From assembly GCA_002104905.1 (NCBI GenBank), contig MCFE01000137.1, forward strand, positions 62,001 through 126,000: a stretch of 64,000 nt of DNA. The letters are read 5' to 3'. Origin of the DNA: Basidiobolus meristosporus CBS 931.73. Lineage: Eukaryota; Fungi; Basidiobolomycota. Each line of letters opens with the position of its first letter. The stretch's first letter is position 1. A program made the position numbers and the translations under genes. Positions 40,147 through 55,482 of the stretch are shown here, piece after piece. Below the pieces are notes generated by a model. The model saw only the letters and a program-made list of their open reading frames with translations, did not search any database and was not told the DNA's origin.

Positions 40147-41703
40147 CAAGTCTACTATCTGTGAGCAAGGCCACAGCACAAAAACTCAGATTCAGTTTTG
40201 ATAATTCTGGATGCAGGATCACTGATCAATATTGCACACATATTACTTTGGGTGTTAGATATCAGAATTTATACAATCTGACTTGTATCCCATCATATCC
40301 AGAGGCCAATATAAGTTACTTAAATGAAGAAACACCAGTACTTGGCACAGGAGATTTGGACATATCAATTTTGATTATATGAGCAAAATAGTGCTGAGAG
40401 ATCCGCTAATTTGGAGCACTGTGAAGTCTGCATATAGGAGAAACAAGTCAAACAACCATTTAAGAGCTCTGGGTTAATCAAAACCAAGAAAATTTAGATC
40501 TAATTTACATGGATCTGTGTAGACCTTTACAAGACTTATCTTTAAGGGAAATGAAGAGTTGTTCACTTTTATTGATGTGTATACAAGATATGTGCAAGCC
40601 CACTTCATAGAAAGAAAGGAAGAAGCTACGTCTAAGTTCAGGAAGTCCAAAGCCATGGTGGAGAGAGAAACTAGCAGAAAAATCACAAAAATATGCTCAG
40701 ACAATGGTGGAGAATATACCTGAAAACTCTTCATCCACTTCTGCAAGATTCATGGGATGTAGCAAGCAACTACAGTACCATACTCTCAACAGTGGAATGG
40801 AGTTGCAGAATGTGCAATCAGTACAATAGCTGAAATGGCAAGATCTATTTTTGTTGTAAAACTTTGTAATTCAACCTAAATATTCACCCAATTGCTCACT
40901 TAGATCATTACCTTCAAGTTTTAGAGAATACTGGCCATATTCCTTGTTGGGATTTACTTAAAATATTTTCACCAAAATATCAGGTACCCAGAACATGAAA
41001 ATCCTCAATATTGTCCAAGCAGCCCCAAACTTGCACACATATTCTCAAGACCTTCCTAAACCAATTCAACATGCTTATTATGCTAAGAACATGTAAATGT
41101 ATAAATACCACTTTTGCATTCAATAAATTATTCAGTGAAAACCACATTATCTACTTGTTTTCCCAATCACTTCCAATATATCAGAAACACTTACAGCACT
41201 ATGAACCATGATCAGAAATTATCTTGCAATTCTTAGGTAAATCAGATGCTGCAGCTGTATATCTCAAAAGCATGAGTTATTGCAGAATACCTTGTAATTC
41301 CACTCCATTTGTGGCATGATATTTTTGTAGTCCATATGCAGAGCACTCAAGTATATTTAGTTGCACAACATATGCCAAGAAACTGCCTGGAAATGAGTTA
41401 AAGTTTGAGTCATATGGAGCAGAATGTATATTTCTGGGCTATTGCAATGAGATTAAGGCATATAGACTCTACAATATCAAAGAAAACAAGCTGATCACGT
41501 CCAAGGATTTGTTCTTTATTGAAGATTCCAAATTCACACAAAGTATTACATTAAATGATGACAAAAAGCCCATCTCAAGTCAATAAATAGTCAGGATTGA
41601 TTCAGAGCAAAGCAATGAAAGTTCTGTCACTTCAGAAGACTCTGCAACTGTGATTCAGCATGAGTTTATGCTCAGGAACACCTCAGAAGTGATCATTCCA
41701 ATA
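40147..41703 (+). mobile_element. Old copia pol fragment (PR end to integrase) with a solo LTR inserted at 40852-41198
   Basis: Degenerate LLSVSKAT...integrase sequence. Solo LTR flanked by CTAT(T)/CTATG, an approximate TSD. Confidence 0.8.
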
Positions 41704-41717
41704 TTACTAATTTTATT

Positions 41718-43072
41718 TGAAGCACCAGTCTGATGTGTGTCCTTTCTGTTTACAATAGCTGCAAGAAAGGTAGCTGTTGCCTTTAGAGGGTTGTAAGTAC
41801 CTCCTTTGTTGGCTAACATAGCTTATTAAGATATTTTCTTCATCCTTATTAGCACTTGATTTTCTTAATTCCTCATTTAGGATCATTCAATATATTGTGA
41901 TAATATGTACTTCCACCTATATACCCACCCAACTTAGTCAGTCTTATTATTACCTACAAATCTTAGAGAATGCTGACCAAATATCTTGTGGGGATTTACT
42001 TAGAATATTTTCAACAAAATATCAGGTACCCAGATCATGAAAGTTCTCAAAGTTGCCCATGCAGCCCTAAACTTTGCACATATGTTTGTGTAATATTTCT
42101 AAGCCTTTTATATATGTTTTTTATGCCAAGGCCATGTAAAAGTATTAGTATCACTTTTATATTCAATAAATCATTATGTGAAAACCACCTAAACTAATTC
42201 TTCTTCCAATTTATTTCAATATCTCCAAACCTTTTACAACACTTTCTTTACTGTAAAGGAGCAATTTCATAAAACTGAAGAGAGTAACCAACCATTGCAT
42301 TTTCCACCACAGAGGCAGAGTATATGAGAGCCTGTGGGGCTACAAAAGAACTAATGTGACTAAGAGAGCTTTCTTAAGACTTGAGATAATATCAAAAGCC
42401 TTGCTATATTATTTCAAGATAATTATGGATGTATGCAATATTGGTAGATATCCAATTTTTTATCCTAGTACCAACCTCATGGATATTAGACAACAGTACA
42501 TACATGAAGCTATAAAGAATAGCTTAGTTAGCTCAGTTAGCATAGTTTACTGTCCTATGGATGAAATGATTGCAGACATATTAACCAAACCAATAGCTAG
42601 ATAAGTTTGAGTATCTTACATCACAGTTGGTACAAGTTAATATCATTATGTAGTTGAGTGGGAGTGTAGTAAGAGCTTGCAATTGCACCTATATACTCAC
42701 CACACTTAGTCACCTTGATTATAGCTGACAAATCTTAGAGAATTCTGACTATATTACTTGCCAGGATTTACTTGAAATATTTTCACCAAACCATCATGTA
42801 CCCAGAACATGATATTTCTCAAAGTTGTCCAAGTATTCACAACCTTGCACGCATGTTTGTGGGATCATCTTAGGCATATTTATATGTTTATTTTGCCAAG
42901 ACCATGTAAAACTAAAAATATCGCTTTTACATTTATTAAATTGTCAAGTGATACCACAAAATCTGCCTGCTCTCCCATTCACTTCCAATATCTCCAAAAC
43001 TCTTAAAACATAATCGGCTTGCTCTCCCAAATACTTTCAGCATTTCGAATACTCTTAAAACACTATTCAATA
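41718..43072. mobile_element. Inverted gag fragment (41718-41895), then LTR (41896-42241) - RNase H' - PPT - LTR (42665-43010) and a duplicated U5 end
   Basis: Homology to the family gag knuckle region, RNase H (TTEAEYM...EMIADI.TKP) and PPT GAGTGGGAG. The U5 end is joined directly to RNase H with no PBS. Confidence 0.78.
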
Positions 43073-43280
43073 TTTGCTAAACCTTTAACTCACTTCTTTT
43101 ATTTGGTGGGTTCTGCATGATTTTCTGCACAGTAGCTTGATATATCTACCTCCAGCAAATGGACCACTATGAAATATAATATTAGCAATGATGGATAGGG
43201 CATGAAGCTCACACAGTGCGCCTTGAAGAGATTGTAATAAAGATGCTAGAACTAGTGCCCGCAATTGCAAGTTGTTTGAA

Positions 43281-43634
43281 TGTTGTTTTTTTGTTAGAGT
43301 CCGGAGATATTAGAAGTGATTAGCAGAATAGGCAGATTATGTGGTTTTCACTTAATAATTTATTGAATGTAAAAGTGATGCTTGTACTTCTATATGATCT
43401 CGGCAAAAAACCATGAAGGATATGTTTAGGAAGGCCCCAATAGCATGTGCGCAAAGTTTGGGGCTGTTTGGACAACTTGGGATATTTTCATCAAAACATC
43501 AGGTACCCAGGACATGAAAAATCTCAAAGAAAATCCCAACCAGGAATTTGGACAGAATTCTCTAAGATTTGTGGACTATGATCCAAGTGACTAAGTTAGG
43601 TGAATATTTAGGTGTAATTACGAAATTTACAACA
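43281..43634 (-). mobile_element. Degenerate solo copia LTR with internal micro-inversion
   Basis: TGTTG...TTTACAACA ends. Segment ~43481-43528 is in the opposite orientation to the rest of the LTR. Confidence 0.8.
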
Positions 43635-43947
43635 GTAATCACACCCAAAGCCAACCGCATGCTTGAAACAATTCCACCAGTTGAGAAGCAGTTGGCAGAA
43701 ATCCCCCGTATTGAGGGCGGGTGGGGAGTTCTGGAACAAATAGGCTCCTTCATTTACTCAAAGCAGTGTTTAAACAGTACCAATATGGGGGAATGTTAAA
43801 TCAGCATTGATTCCACAGCTGATATAATGAGCTCTAACCAGAAAGTCGCTGGCTCCAGGGGAAAAGGATTATAGGACAGAGGAGGTCTAAAACGACCAGA
43901 GGAGAGACGATACGAGCCTCCCCGTAATGCTTTTGGAGGGGGGAGGG

Positions 43948-44716
43948 TCATCTTAGGCGTTGTGAATATTGCTCGATGAGGATGGTCAATGTCTCAAGGT
44001 CAGCCCTACAGTGTATGCGGTCCGAGCTATACGATGGCGGACCCTGCAAATTGGGGGATGACGGACATCGGCTGGAGTAGGCTGGGGGATCGATAGTCTC
44101 ATCTGCCAAGTATGGAATGCCGGGTTGGATGGAGAAGCGGCTCAGACTTCCATGCATATGGTCAGAGAGCATTGAACGGTCCACGCAGTATTCTGTGGAT
44201 TCGTATGATTGATGAGTAGTAAGATATGGATCGAGGCATTGTTGATTGGAAGTTTTCCAATGGTTTTCGATGGACGCGGCCGCCTCCCCAAGAGTGATAC
44301 CTGATCTCAAAATAATGGGCAGATACTGCTTGGGAAGATTGGATTTGCTGTCAAAGCGATCATAGTCTTGATCCACCGTGCCTCGTATCACACAACGCCA
44401 TGGATTAAGAGAGAATTTGCCAACCCTTTGGAATTCAAATGTCAGTCTGTTCAACGAAGGGGTGTGGGAATCGCCGGGCAAAATCTCAACGCAGACATTC
44501 CGATGCTTATAAAGCCACTTGAGTATGCTTTCACGGAACCCGAAGAGAACAAAAATCGGTCGGAAATCATACGAGAGTGTAAGCTTATGGTTGAGCTTGG
44601 GCCTCAATATAGCGGAGCTATCGAAGTTGTCTGGAACAAAACGGTAAGCAAAACGAAAGGGTGCTCACTGTGCCATTACACAGCTACTTGCCTATTTCTA
44701 CGAATCCATAGCGCAT
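43948..44716 (-). CDS. Uncharacterised protein with two PPxY motifs (2 exons, probable GC-AG intron 44631-44691)
   Basis: ATG at 44716 and a 25-nt exon spliced at GCAAGT...TTCCAG give MRYGFVEIDNFDSSAILRPKL in frame with the 219-aa ORF. PPAY and PPSY near the C-terminus. Confidence 0.65.
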
Positions 44717-45820
44717 GATAAGGGTGGGGCTTTAATCTGAAAATGGCTGATATCTGGCGTGAGTCTTGAAGCGAAGTAGAGGCTTGAAGAGAGCACGGAG
44801 ATGTGGGAAACGATGGGAGGAGTTGGAATTCACCCTTGAAACGGCAGTAGTAATAGGAAATACTAGAAAATGGTGGGGATTGAGACTGCTAGCTGGAATG
44901 AGCTAAAGGTAAACTGCATAAAGCAAAGTATCCAAGGGAATGATGAGCTTATAAAAGGGATCACACTCCAAATATATACCAAATATGGTGAAATGCAATT
45001 AAGACAACCTGATTTGTATCCTACAACAACATTCGCCTAGATCACCTTGATCTACCGCTTGATACACCGTTTCTCTGTTTTTCGTAATAATAGATTCTTG
45101 CTTACCAAACTATCTGCAGTTTCAAATATTACACGAAATGGATGGAACACGAAAAATACTGGACATTATTGCGCCATCAAATTGGCACGTTGCCATAGGT
45201 TTCCTGGCAATCACGGAATTTGCTGCAGTAAACCCTAGTGCTTGGTAGGTGGCACGGTGGTTTGCGGAATGAACAATCAGAATGCGTTGAATGGTATCTC
45301 CGTGGATCCATTCACATCCTTCAGGCTGTTGCCCTTCTACTCTGAGATAGAGCTAATGCTCAGCATGTATTCAGCTCAGAATGTGGATCCACCTCATTAC
45401 GGAAGAAAAGCCCATTGGCTGAGGGGAACAAGCCGTATTGGATTCTAATACTAAGTTGAAACCTTATTGATCAGCGACAAATCCCTATATGTGAATAGAA
45501 TCCAATCCTCTGTTGACTGTTTCTCGTGGCGAGGGTTGAGCGAGCCTCTCGGCTTCCATCATTCCGGCAGTGGTTGTGGTTCAGTTGTTGACATACCAGC
45601 AATCTTCCAGCATATGTGTCGACGGAAGTCACGGCCTTGATTGCATTATTTCGCGAACATCTCATTGGCGACACGAAATTCCGAGGGCATTGGCCCAGAC
45701 GACGTGGTTTATTTTAATATGTATAAATCTGAGCTAGACAGGGCATATAAGCACCTCCGGGCTCAGTTCTTCTGGTCATGTGAAGCCGTCTCAGGGTGGG
45801 CGTAATGGCCATTGTACACG

Positions 45821-48800
45821 CTATGAGTGGGTCGAATTGTAAAGGCTGCCCTTGTTGAGCCTGCGTCTAAATCTATGCGCTCGTTTGTGGATCTGCTTCA
45901 GGTCTGAGATATGTCTCATGGTAGGCCTACCATGTGGGCAATTCTATGGTCAACATCGATCAGTAATTGGTCCACTCCCAAGTTGTGTAGGCTTGAAATC
46001 TACTTACCCACGGTTGGTCAATCTCGGCCATATGCCTAACAATCTGGACATAGCGAGCAGGTAAATTTACACCCGTGCGAAGTGGCCCTTGTATTGAAAC
46101 GTACCTTCTCCATCCGGGCTTTTGTTAACGGATCGCCAATCATGACGGCGCTTCTACATGCTCTCGAAGCAAACATCTTCCGGATCCGAGAGAACTTGAC
46201 CGACTCTCCAGGATTCTCAGTCAGTAGGTGAATTAGCTCTTCTAGATCTAGCATAAGCATTAGTCTCTGCATCAAGCCGGCAAAGGTTCATCACGCAATA
46301 AGCCACCTTGCACCCCGAATTCCAATTGTTTGCTGTAAGGGACTGTAAGAAGCTTAATCCGTTTGGTGGGGACCCTATCCGGGTTGTATTCAATTTCGAA
46401 TCCATTTTCCTTTAAAACATGGGAATATTCCACTGCGACTAATTCATCTGCTGCTGTAAGCTCGATTGGCTTTGGACTATAGATAGCAATATCAGTTCGC
46501 AAGATTCGTTATTAGCATGCCAAGGAACTTGCCACTTACATGAGAAGCCTTTGCGTCTGTATGACGGTCGATTTCTGTAGGGATTCAAACCTGTACTTCT
46601 CGTCTGATGCATGCTGATCGATAATAAAGAGGTCATTTCTGACGGAATCCTTCAGCCTTGCGATGATGAAACCGAGGTTGAATTGACCAACGACCTGCAT
46701 GTTCAGAAAATCGCTCTTTGATATTACTCTCTCAAGGATTGACTCCGCTTTTTCGTTGTCCAATTCATTGAGATTTGCTCCTGTTAGCTCATCGGTGTGC
46801 TCCTCAACCACTGTGCAGACCTGATCAATGCTGGATGGTGAATGGTATCGAGACATGTCGAAATTAAGCTGAAGCGAATTTGAATATCCAAGATTGTTTA
46901 CTCTCAAAGGAGGATCTATAATCTCTCCAGCAGTCAGGCTGGCGCTTGGTTGTGATCCGATGCCAGTGGATGAGCTCGAGCCTGAAGCAGTTGGTTGACT
47001 CTCCACTATAGCGTTCCGCTTGAATGGAATTTGTGAGGATTTTGGGCTACATACTGGCTGAGGATCAGGTCTGGTACCTAGGGTATCGTAGTCCCTTCGC
47101 CTCTTTGGCGGCTGTATGATGGTTGAAATGATTCGCGGGCGCTGTGAAAAATCGTCTTTAGGTTGTTCTTTGGCCATTGGCAGCGCCCGTTCTCCATTTA
47201 CTGCTATCAATGATTGTATGAAATCGTGGGAGTCGTTCGTTACCTTCAGGTCCTCACTCTCAAGAGTAGGTTGTTTTCCTTTGTCGGTCGACCTGGAGCT
47301 ATTCACGAATTCAATTGTTTCTGATGAAAAGCTTTCTATAGTTTGACCACTGGAAGTGTCTGAGCAAACTTCCCTTACAGCCTGCTCAATCACTAGGGAC
47401 ACCTCTTCAGACTTCGCCTGACTACTTGGCCCATCGACTATATTGGAATTCGGAGATGGACTTGCTAAAGAAATATCGTATGTCTGGGATACGGATACGT
47501 CTTGCTCGGTAATTTCGGGCGTCGGCATGTACGACTGTATTGACGCCGTCGTAAAAGTAGACTTGAATGGTTGGAGTAGTATCTCTAATTGTTCCTACAA
47601 AAACTAGATGAATTCGCCAGTCGGCAACAGTTCTTCAGAGCTCCAAGGGTACCTTTAAGCTTTCAGCTAGCTCTTTTTCATTATGTATATATATTGTCCG
47701 CTTATCCGGAGTCACATTTACATCATAACAGCCTAAGAGTAATTGAGTATCAAAGCAACGCAATTATAAAGTCTACCGGATACACACTTGTGTCTATAAG
47801 AATATTTGCCACCACGAAAGGGTACTGTCCAGAGTTACAAGTCCGATATATCTCATTGAATACTTTGGCGATCTATATAATATTTAGGTGAGCATCTGCT
47901 GTAACATTTTACAGTTTAAACATACCTTAGGCAGGTCGCAAGGTCGTCCATTGATGTAGAAAAACTGTCTATCTAAACAGCTTCGCCCCGCGCCTCCTGT
48001 CGGCTTCGAGATGTGTCCTACCACCTGGATACTTTGAATGTTTCAACGAGTTAATAGTATTATAATATCTTGAGGTCGGAGTAAGAATACATACCAGGTG
48101 GAAACACCACTCATGGAGAACTTGAGTTCCAAAGGGGTCAGTTGAGCTGCTATCTTTGCGCCAAAAATATTGGCAATATTTTCTAGTGAGGTCTTGTTTC
48201 CTTTGGTTGATAGAGCGATTTGACGATTCCTACACAAGCAATCAGTATCTGATAAAATAAGACAAACTACAAGATAGAGGCTGACCCTTTGAGTGGTTGG
48301 TTGCTCAAGACAAACTTGACATTCTCGGAGATTATAGCATATGCCTGAACCAGGGTCAAGCATTTTCCGTATTCTCTCTTGGAATTCTTTTTGAATTCTT
48401 TAAAACGCACCGGTAAAGTGTGGAACAACTTTTGTACTTGCACTGTTACGCCTTTCTTATTACAGCGCAACACTTTGTTACATTGACGAAATTCAGTAGG
48501 ACTGAGCATTCTCACAACTTACTTCCCGTGCGCATGGTGTTGTGCTTTCTATCTTTCCATCTGAGTTGAATTCTAACTTGTTTCCCCGAGGAGCTTGCGT
48601 ACGTGTTGCAGTAGTAATACGTACACTACTTAGTGCACACAGCGAACTTAGCGCTTCGCCACGGAACCCAAAAGAAGAGACTCCAGTGAGTTCATCAAAG
48701 TCACGCAGCTTGGACGTATAATGCTTTAGAGCTATCGTAGAGCAAAAAAAGCTTAGTAGCATAAAAGGAAGAGGCAGCCTCTTAAGACGTACCAATCGTG

Positions 48801-49076
48801 TCATAGTCTTCTGGCTCGATCCCATTTCCATTATCTATAATTTCTATCAAATCCAAACCAGAATCTCGGAGTTTAATCTCTACAGGAGTCCACTACGGTT
48901 TAATGTCCATTCGTACAACTGGCAATGTCTCCCTTCAAAAACAAGATACCTATGGTGCTTGAGCCAGCGTCTAAGCTATTTTCTATTAACTCTTTTACTG
49001 CATTCGCCAAATTTAATACCACTTGACCTGAACAAATTCTGTGAACCGTGAGCCGGTCAATTGCCTTGATCGACAT
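45821..49076 (-). CDS. PMS1: MutL-alpha endonuclease subunit (yeast PMS1 / human PMS2), multi-exon
   Basis: MSIKAID...ICSGQVV...[44 protein letters not shown], and C-terminal CPHGRP. Confidence 0.95.
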
Positions 49077-49508
49077 GCTGCACGATAGTATTTCGTATTT
49101 GAGTTAGTTGGTTACGGCCTCTCGCACGCAAGTTCACTTGAGTTTTGTAAGCATCTTCCCGCAGTCCCAACCATATTTTTGATTTTGTCTTGGTTAACTG
49201 ATTGGTCGAACCGAATATAATATACGCTTGCAATATTTTGACAAACTTGATTATTTGCTTATCACAACAGCTGTGGTTTTCAGTAAACAAATGAATGATT
49301 AGTGCTCGTCTAAGTTTATTATCTAAATAGCAGTGGAACATAAGTAGCAAATGAATAAATTATAAAAAAACGACCTTGTTTCATAAGGTTCTACTCTAGA
49401 GCGAGGATATTATAAATCGCAGTTTTGGTTGGGCTTACATTTGAACATACATCTGAACATTATTAACTCTATTATGTTTACGCCGGCTGCGGACGGGGGG
49501 TATTTAAA

Positions 49509-50360
49509 TTACAACCTTTTCTTCTTTTCATCCACCGAAAAGCCACCTGGTCCGGTACTCAATAACAGTATAAACCCGCCGACAATGCTCATGATCTGGA
49601 AAAAGTTGTACTTCACGAAGTTTCGCTCTTGAGCATCTTCGTTGATCGACCACCAGTTATTCACGATGACATTGAAGAAGACCAGAAAGACAGACAACAA
49701 TAGGGCAGAAAACTTAGCCTTGAACCCTATTGCCACCATCAACGACATAACCAGACCGATTACTGACCCCGCCAGTTTCAAAGTGGACATTCTACCTGTC
49801 AAAATGAAAGAGCCAAACAAAAGAACCAAAAGAACTCGTCCGCATAAAGCAAAGTACGAACTCCGATCTAGTTCCTGCACCATAGGGAGTCCCCCAAAAA
49901 TGGCTCTAGGCTTAACCGGGCTTTCTGAAAGTAGCATAAGTATCCCACCTAGCATGCTGATATTACGCAGGAAGAAACTCCACTCCAGAAACAACCCATA
50001 GGCAAGTATTTGCGATACCACCGCTATAAACAGTCCCACAACGGCGTAGTGTACCCGGATTTTCGCGATAGCAAGAAATGACCCAACCAACATAAGCTAT
50101 AAAGAGTTAATTAGGTTGCATGTACACTTTCCGAATGCTTTACGGCAACTTACCCCAAGGTTTAGTGCTAGGAACGCATGGTTTGCTCCATGGTAAAAGC
50201 TACGATATCTCTCTAGATACAGTAGCTGTTGATCCCATTGCGTATAAATACGTAGCGAATCTTCCAAGAAGGTCGACACTAAAAGAAACCTCCCAACAAA
50301 TGGAGTAAAGCTTTGGAAAAGGCTCTTTGGAAACATTTTTTGGCGTTCAGTTCTGCTCAT
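49509..50360 (-). CDS. ERV29: SURF4/Erv29 ER cargo receptor (1 intron)
   Basis: GRFLLVSTFLED..RI..QW..Q, multiple TM segments, YNFFQ.MSIVGG.LLL...GPG..SVDEKKKRL with a dilysine ER-retrieval end. Confidence 0.93.
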
Positions 50361-51207
50361 CTCTCCAATCCCGACCAAGTGCTTTTTATTTGCAAAGGAT
50401 AAGGTGTTGAACTTTATAAAAATCGGAAATAATTGGGGCTAGAAAAGCAAAGAGAAGTGTATTGCACAATGGAGCGCTAGTATTGAGGGTAATGCTGGAA
50501 CAATGCCATGCTCAGTGAGACATCTATCTTAAATATACAAGGCTACCAGCTGTATGCATGGTAAACGCCCGAGTGCAGGCAAGTGAAGAGAGGTGCAGCA
50601 TGTTTATGTCTCCACTAGCTAGTCACCCCTTTTTGAATTCAGGCTTTTCTTTTTTACTAAACCATATAGCTATTTTTGCAATATGACAGTAAACGAGCTT
50701 ACTGCTAATCGGAATAATTGGAGCATTAAGCATCATAAACATGTGGCGACAAGGGCTGTGAGCATATGCTCCACGCTGTAAGGCTTAGAATGACACGATT
50801 CCAGAAAGACCGGTCTCATGGAAGCAATGCCATCCAAGTAACACTCACAAGCATACGCATTCCACAGTGATCTGGCGCTGAAAGCAGGATTCATCTCCAG
50901 TTACAAGTCATGCCACTAGGGGTAATGATGCTTGACGGATTTCGTCCACCAGAAATCGACAATACGCCTTCTTGATGCTGGGATCCACTGCATCAACCAG
51001 TTGCAATAGAACTAAACTAACTCCTATGGCAGTCTATAAACCCATCCACAAGGAGTCGAAGTGGGTCACCGACATGTGACAAACTTGAAAATGCGAGGCA
51101 CCTTGCGCTCAGTGTTTTATTGCCTTGAATAATTACGATCTATATAAACATAAAAGAAATTCAAAACGCATAATGTCAAATGCATTGCGAACTGTACACT
51201 CCAAACA

Positions 51208-53311
<2,104 letters not shown>

Positions 53312-55482
53312 CCTTTCAAGGTCTAAAACAAGGAATTTGCAATTGAAAATTCACTAGCACATATACACCAGGAACGCACGAAAGGAACTGCTTGCCAACC
53401 ACTTTACGGCACAACCGCAACGATTCTTTTTTTCTTTTTGCCATTCTGATATCCGTCCGCTCCCACTCATTCCAGAATATGAGACCGAAATTAGCGATCA
53501 GGTTATTCTAGATTTTGTTTCGATTAGCCAGTTCATAAGTTGATGATTAGCAATTTGTTAGAGAATCGTCCCGCTTCCCGACGAACCATTAAACTCTGAA
53601 GTTTAAAGATTGACCATCATCGGTGTAGCTATCAGTTGCCATTACCATCCTACCATGTTAAATTGAGATCGCTGGTATTGGTCCCGACTCGTACCTCGGT
53701 TCATATATATATTATGAAAGTTGGGTTTTAATCGGCCCGCAAACTATTTGTGAAGTGAAGATGGCATTGGAATCAAGGATCATAGAGAAGATGACCTAAA
53801 CAAGAATATGGTTTGATTTTGGAGTGTTCAAGTGATTGCGGCTCCAGTGGAGGATTTGTGTGCAGCATGAGAAGTATTATGTGCTACAAAACCTGCTTGT
53901 CATGATAGGATATGGCCAATGGGGTTTACATGGATAGTGTGGTGGAAATGCAAATTGTACAATATTAAAACTCAGCAGATGTTGTCACCGTCACAATTTT
54001 CGCATAGAAAACCTTGCTGAATAAACAAGAAATACCTGGTTCTGGTAACCTGAACCTCTGGTGGTTGAATAAGGGTAGATGGGCCATTATCCAACTCTGA
54101 AACTCCGTGCACTTCAATCACGTTTTGGCCAGGGAAGTGGGCTACTGGGGTCTTGAATGGTTTGGGATCATCAATGTGTGGAAAGTGGATGAGATGTACG
54201 CTATGCTTGCGCTATTTGTTAACGGCCGCTTGATGTTTCATCCAGTCTTTCACTTTGGGTCGGGCTCCCAACGGGTCGCTCAGGTGGCAATTGTGGAGCT
54301 GTGTTCGGTGCCGGAGTGAGAGAAATATATATGGTGGACAATTCTCATTTTGATCATTTATACCGCTGCCGGTATATGGCCTGTCATATGCAGAATGGAT
54401 GGGGTGAGAGAAGTGGGTCTCAATCAAACTGCCGCCTGGAACAAGAAATTCACCAATATCTCACAACATCACCCTCTAAGACCACAGATGCCTTGTGATG
54501 CGATACACATAGGTACAAACAGGTGAGCATCCCCACGTGAATATTTATTACGGACTCAATACAAATTAATAAGAATGGCTGCTGGCCACATAAAATCCTG
54601 ATTCGTATCGCATCCGCCTCTTTGATAATCAGTAAGCAATATCAAACGATACCTTGTTTTGGAAATGCATCTGGCCACCTCATGTCAATAGTGGATTGCG
54701 GCTTGTGCTCAGCATAGGCAACCATCGAAGACTTGAAACACTGCTGATGATAAACAGAATTCCCGTCGGGTGTGCTTCTGGAAAAATCTGTCTTTTCATT
54801 CGGGATTCTGCTCGGACTGCGTAGGTGTCCTCATCACGCGGGATATGCAGGCCCGTTCCAGTCGCCTTGCCACCCTTCCCTGTGGAATTTATAGCCTGGG
54901 CTGTATGAGCCGCTGATCAGACTCTCAATAAGGTCAATGCCTGGAGGAACATTGCCGACTGGATGTGGCCTAGATCTCAGAGCCAGTTTGGGTTGGTTCC
55001 TTAAACATAGCAACAAAGTCCTCCATGCAGCAGCCAGCTGGATCTTGACTTGTTTGGCACAGTCTTGGGTAAGCAGGTTGGCATTGCCTAATGTATAAAA
55101 TAGAGGGAATCGAATGAAGTAATACCAGTCCAGTGCAATCATTTCTATCATAATGTTATTATTCACTTACATTGACATTCACATCACTTAAAGCATACAT
55201 AAACCATCTGAATGACGCTTTTTCAATCATCTGGATACTCTATTAATGCGTTGTTTCATAATTGTTGGAATCAATAGTTTAATGAGATACACAGGGATGT
55301 GAGCTGGGCTGAGAATAGGGAATTTATGTTGAGTTAGGCATGTTTATACTAATTCAACTTGCCCTGCATCAAGTCAATTATATTTATCTAATTAGATCCT
55401 CGATGTTTCCAGGACCCAATCCTTTTTTCCTCTCATATTTGGGATATCTAGTGGCATATATATTGCAGCGGTTGGACGACCA

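Noticed and set aside
54600-55166. 110-aa minus-strand ORF with downstream coding-like fragments
   Set aside because: Non-ATG start, no recognisable motif and no coherent exon chain.
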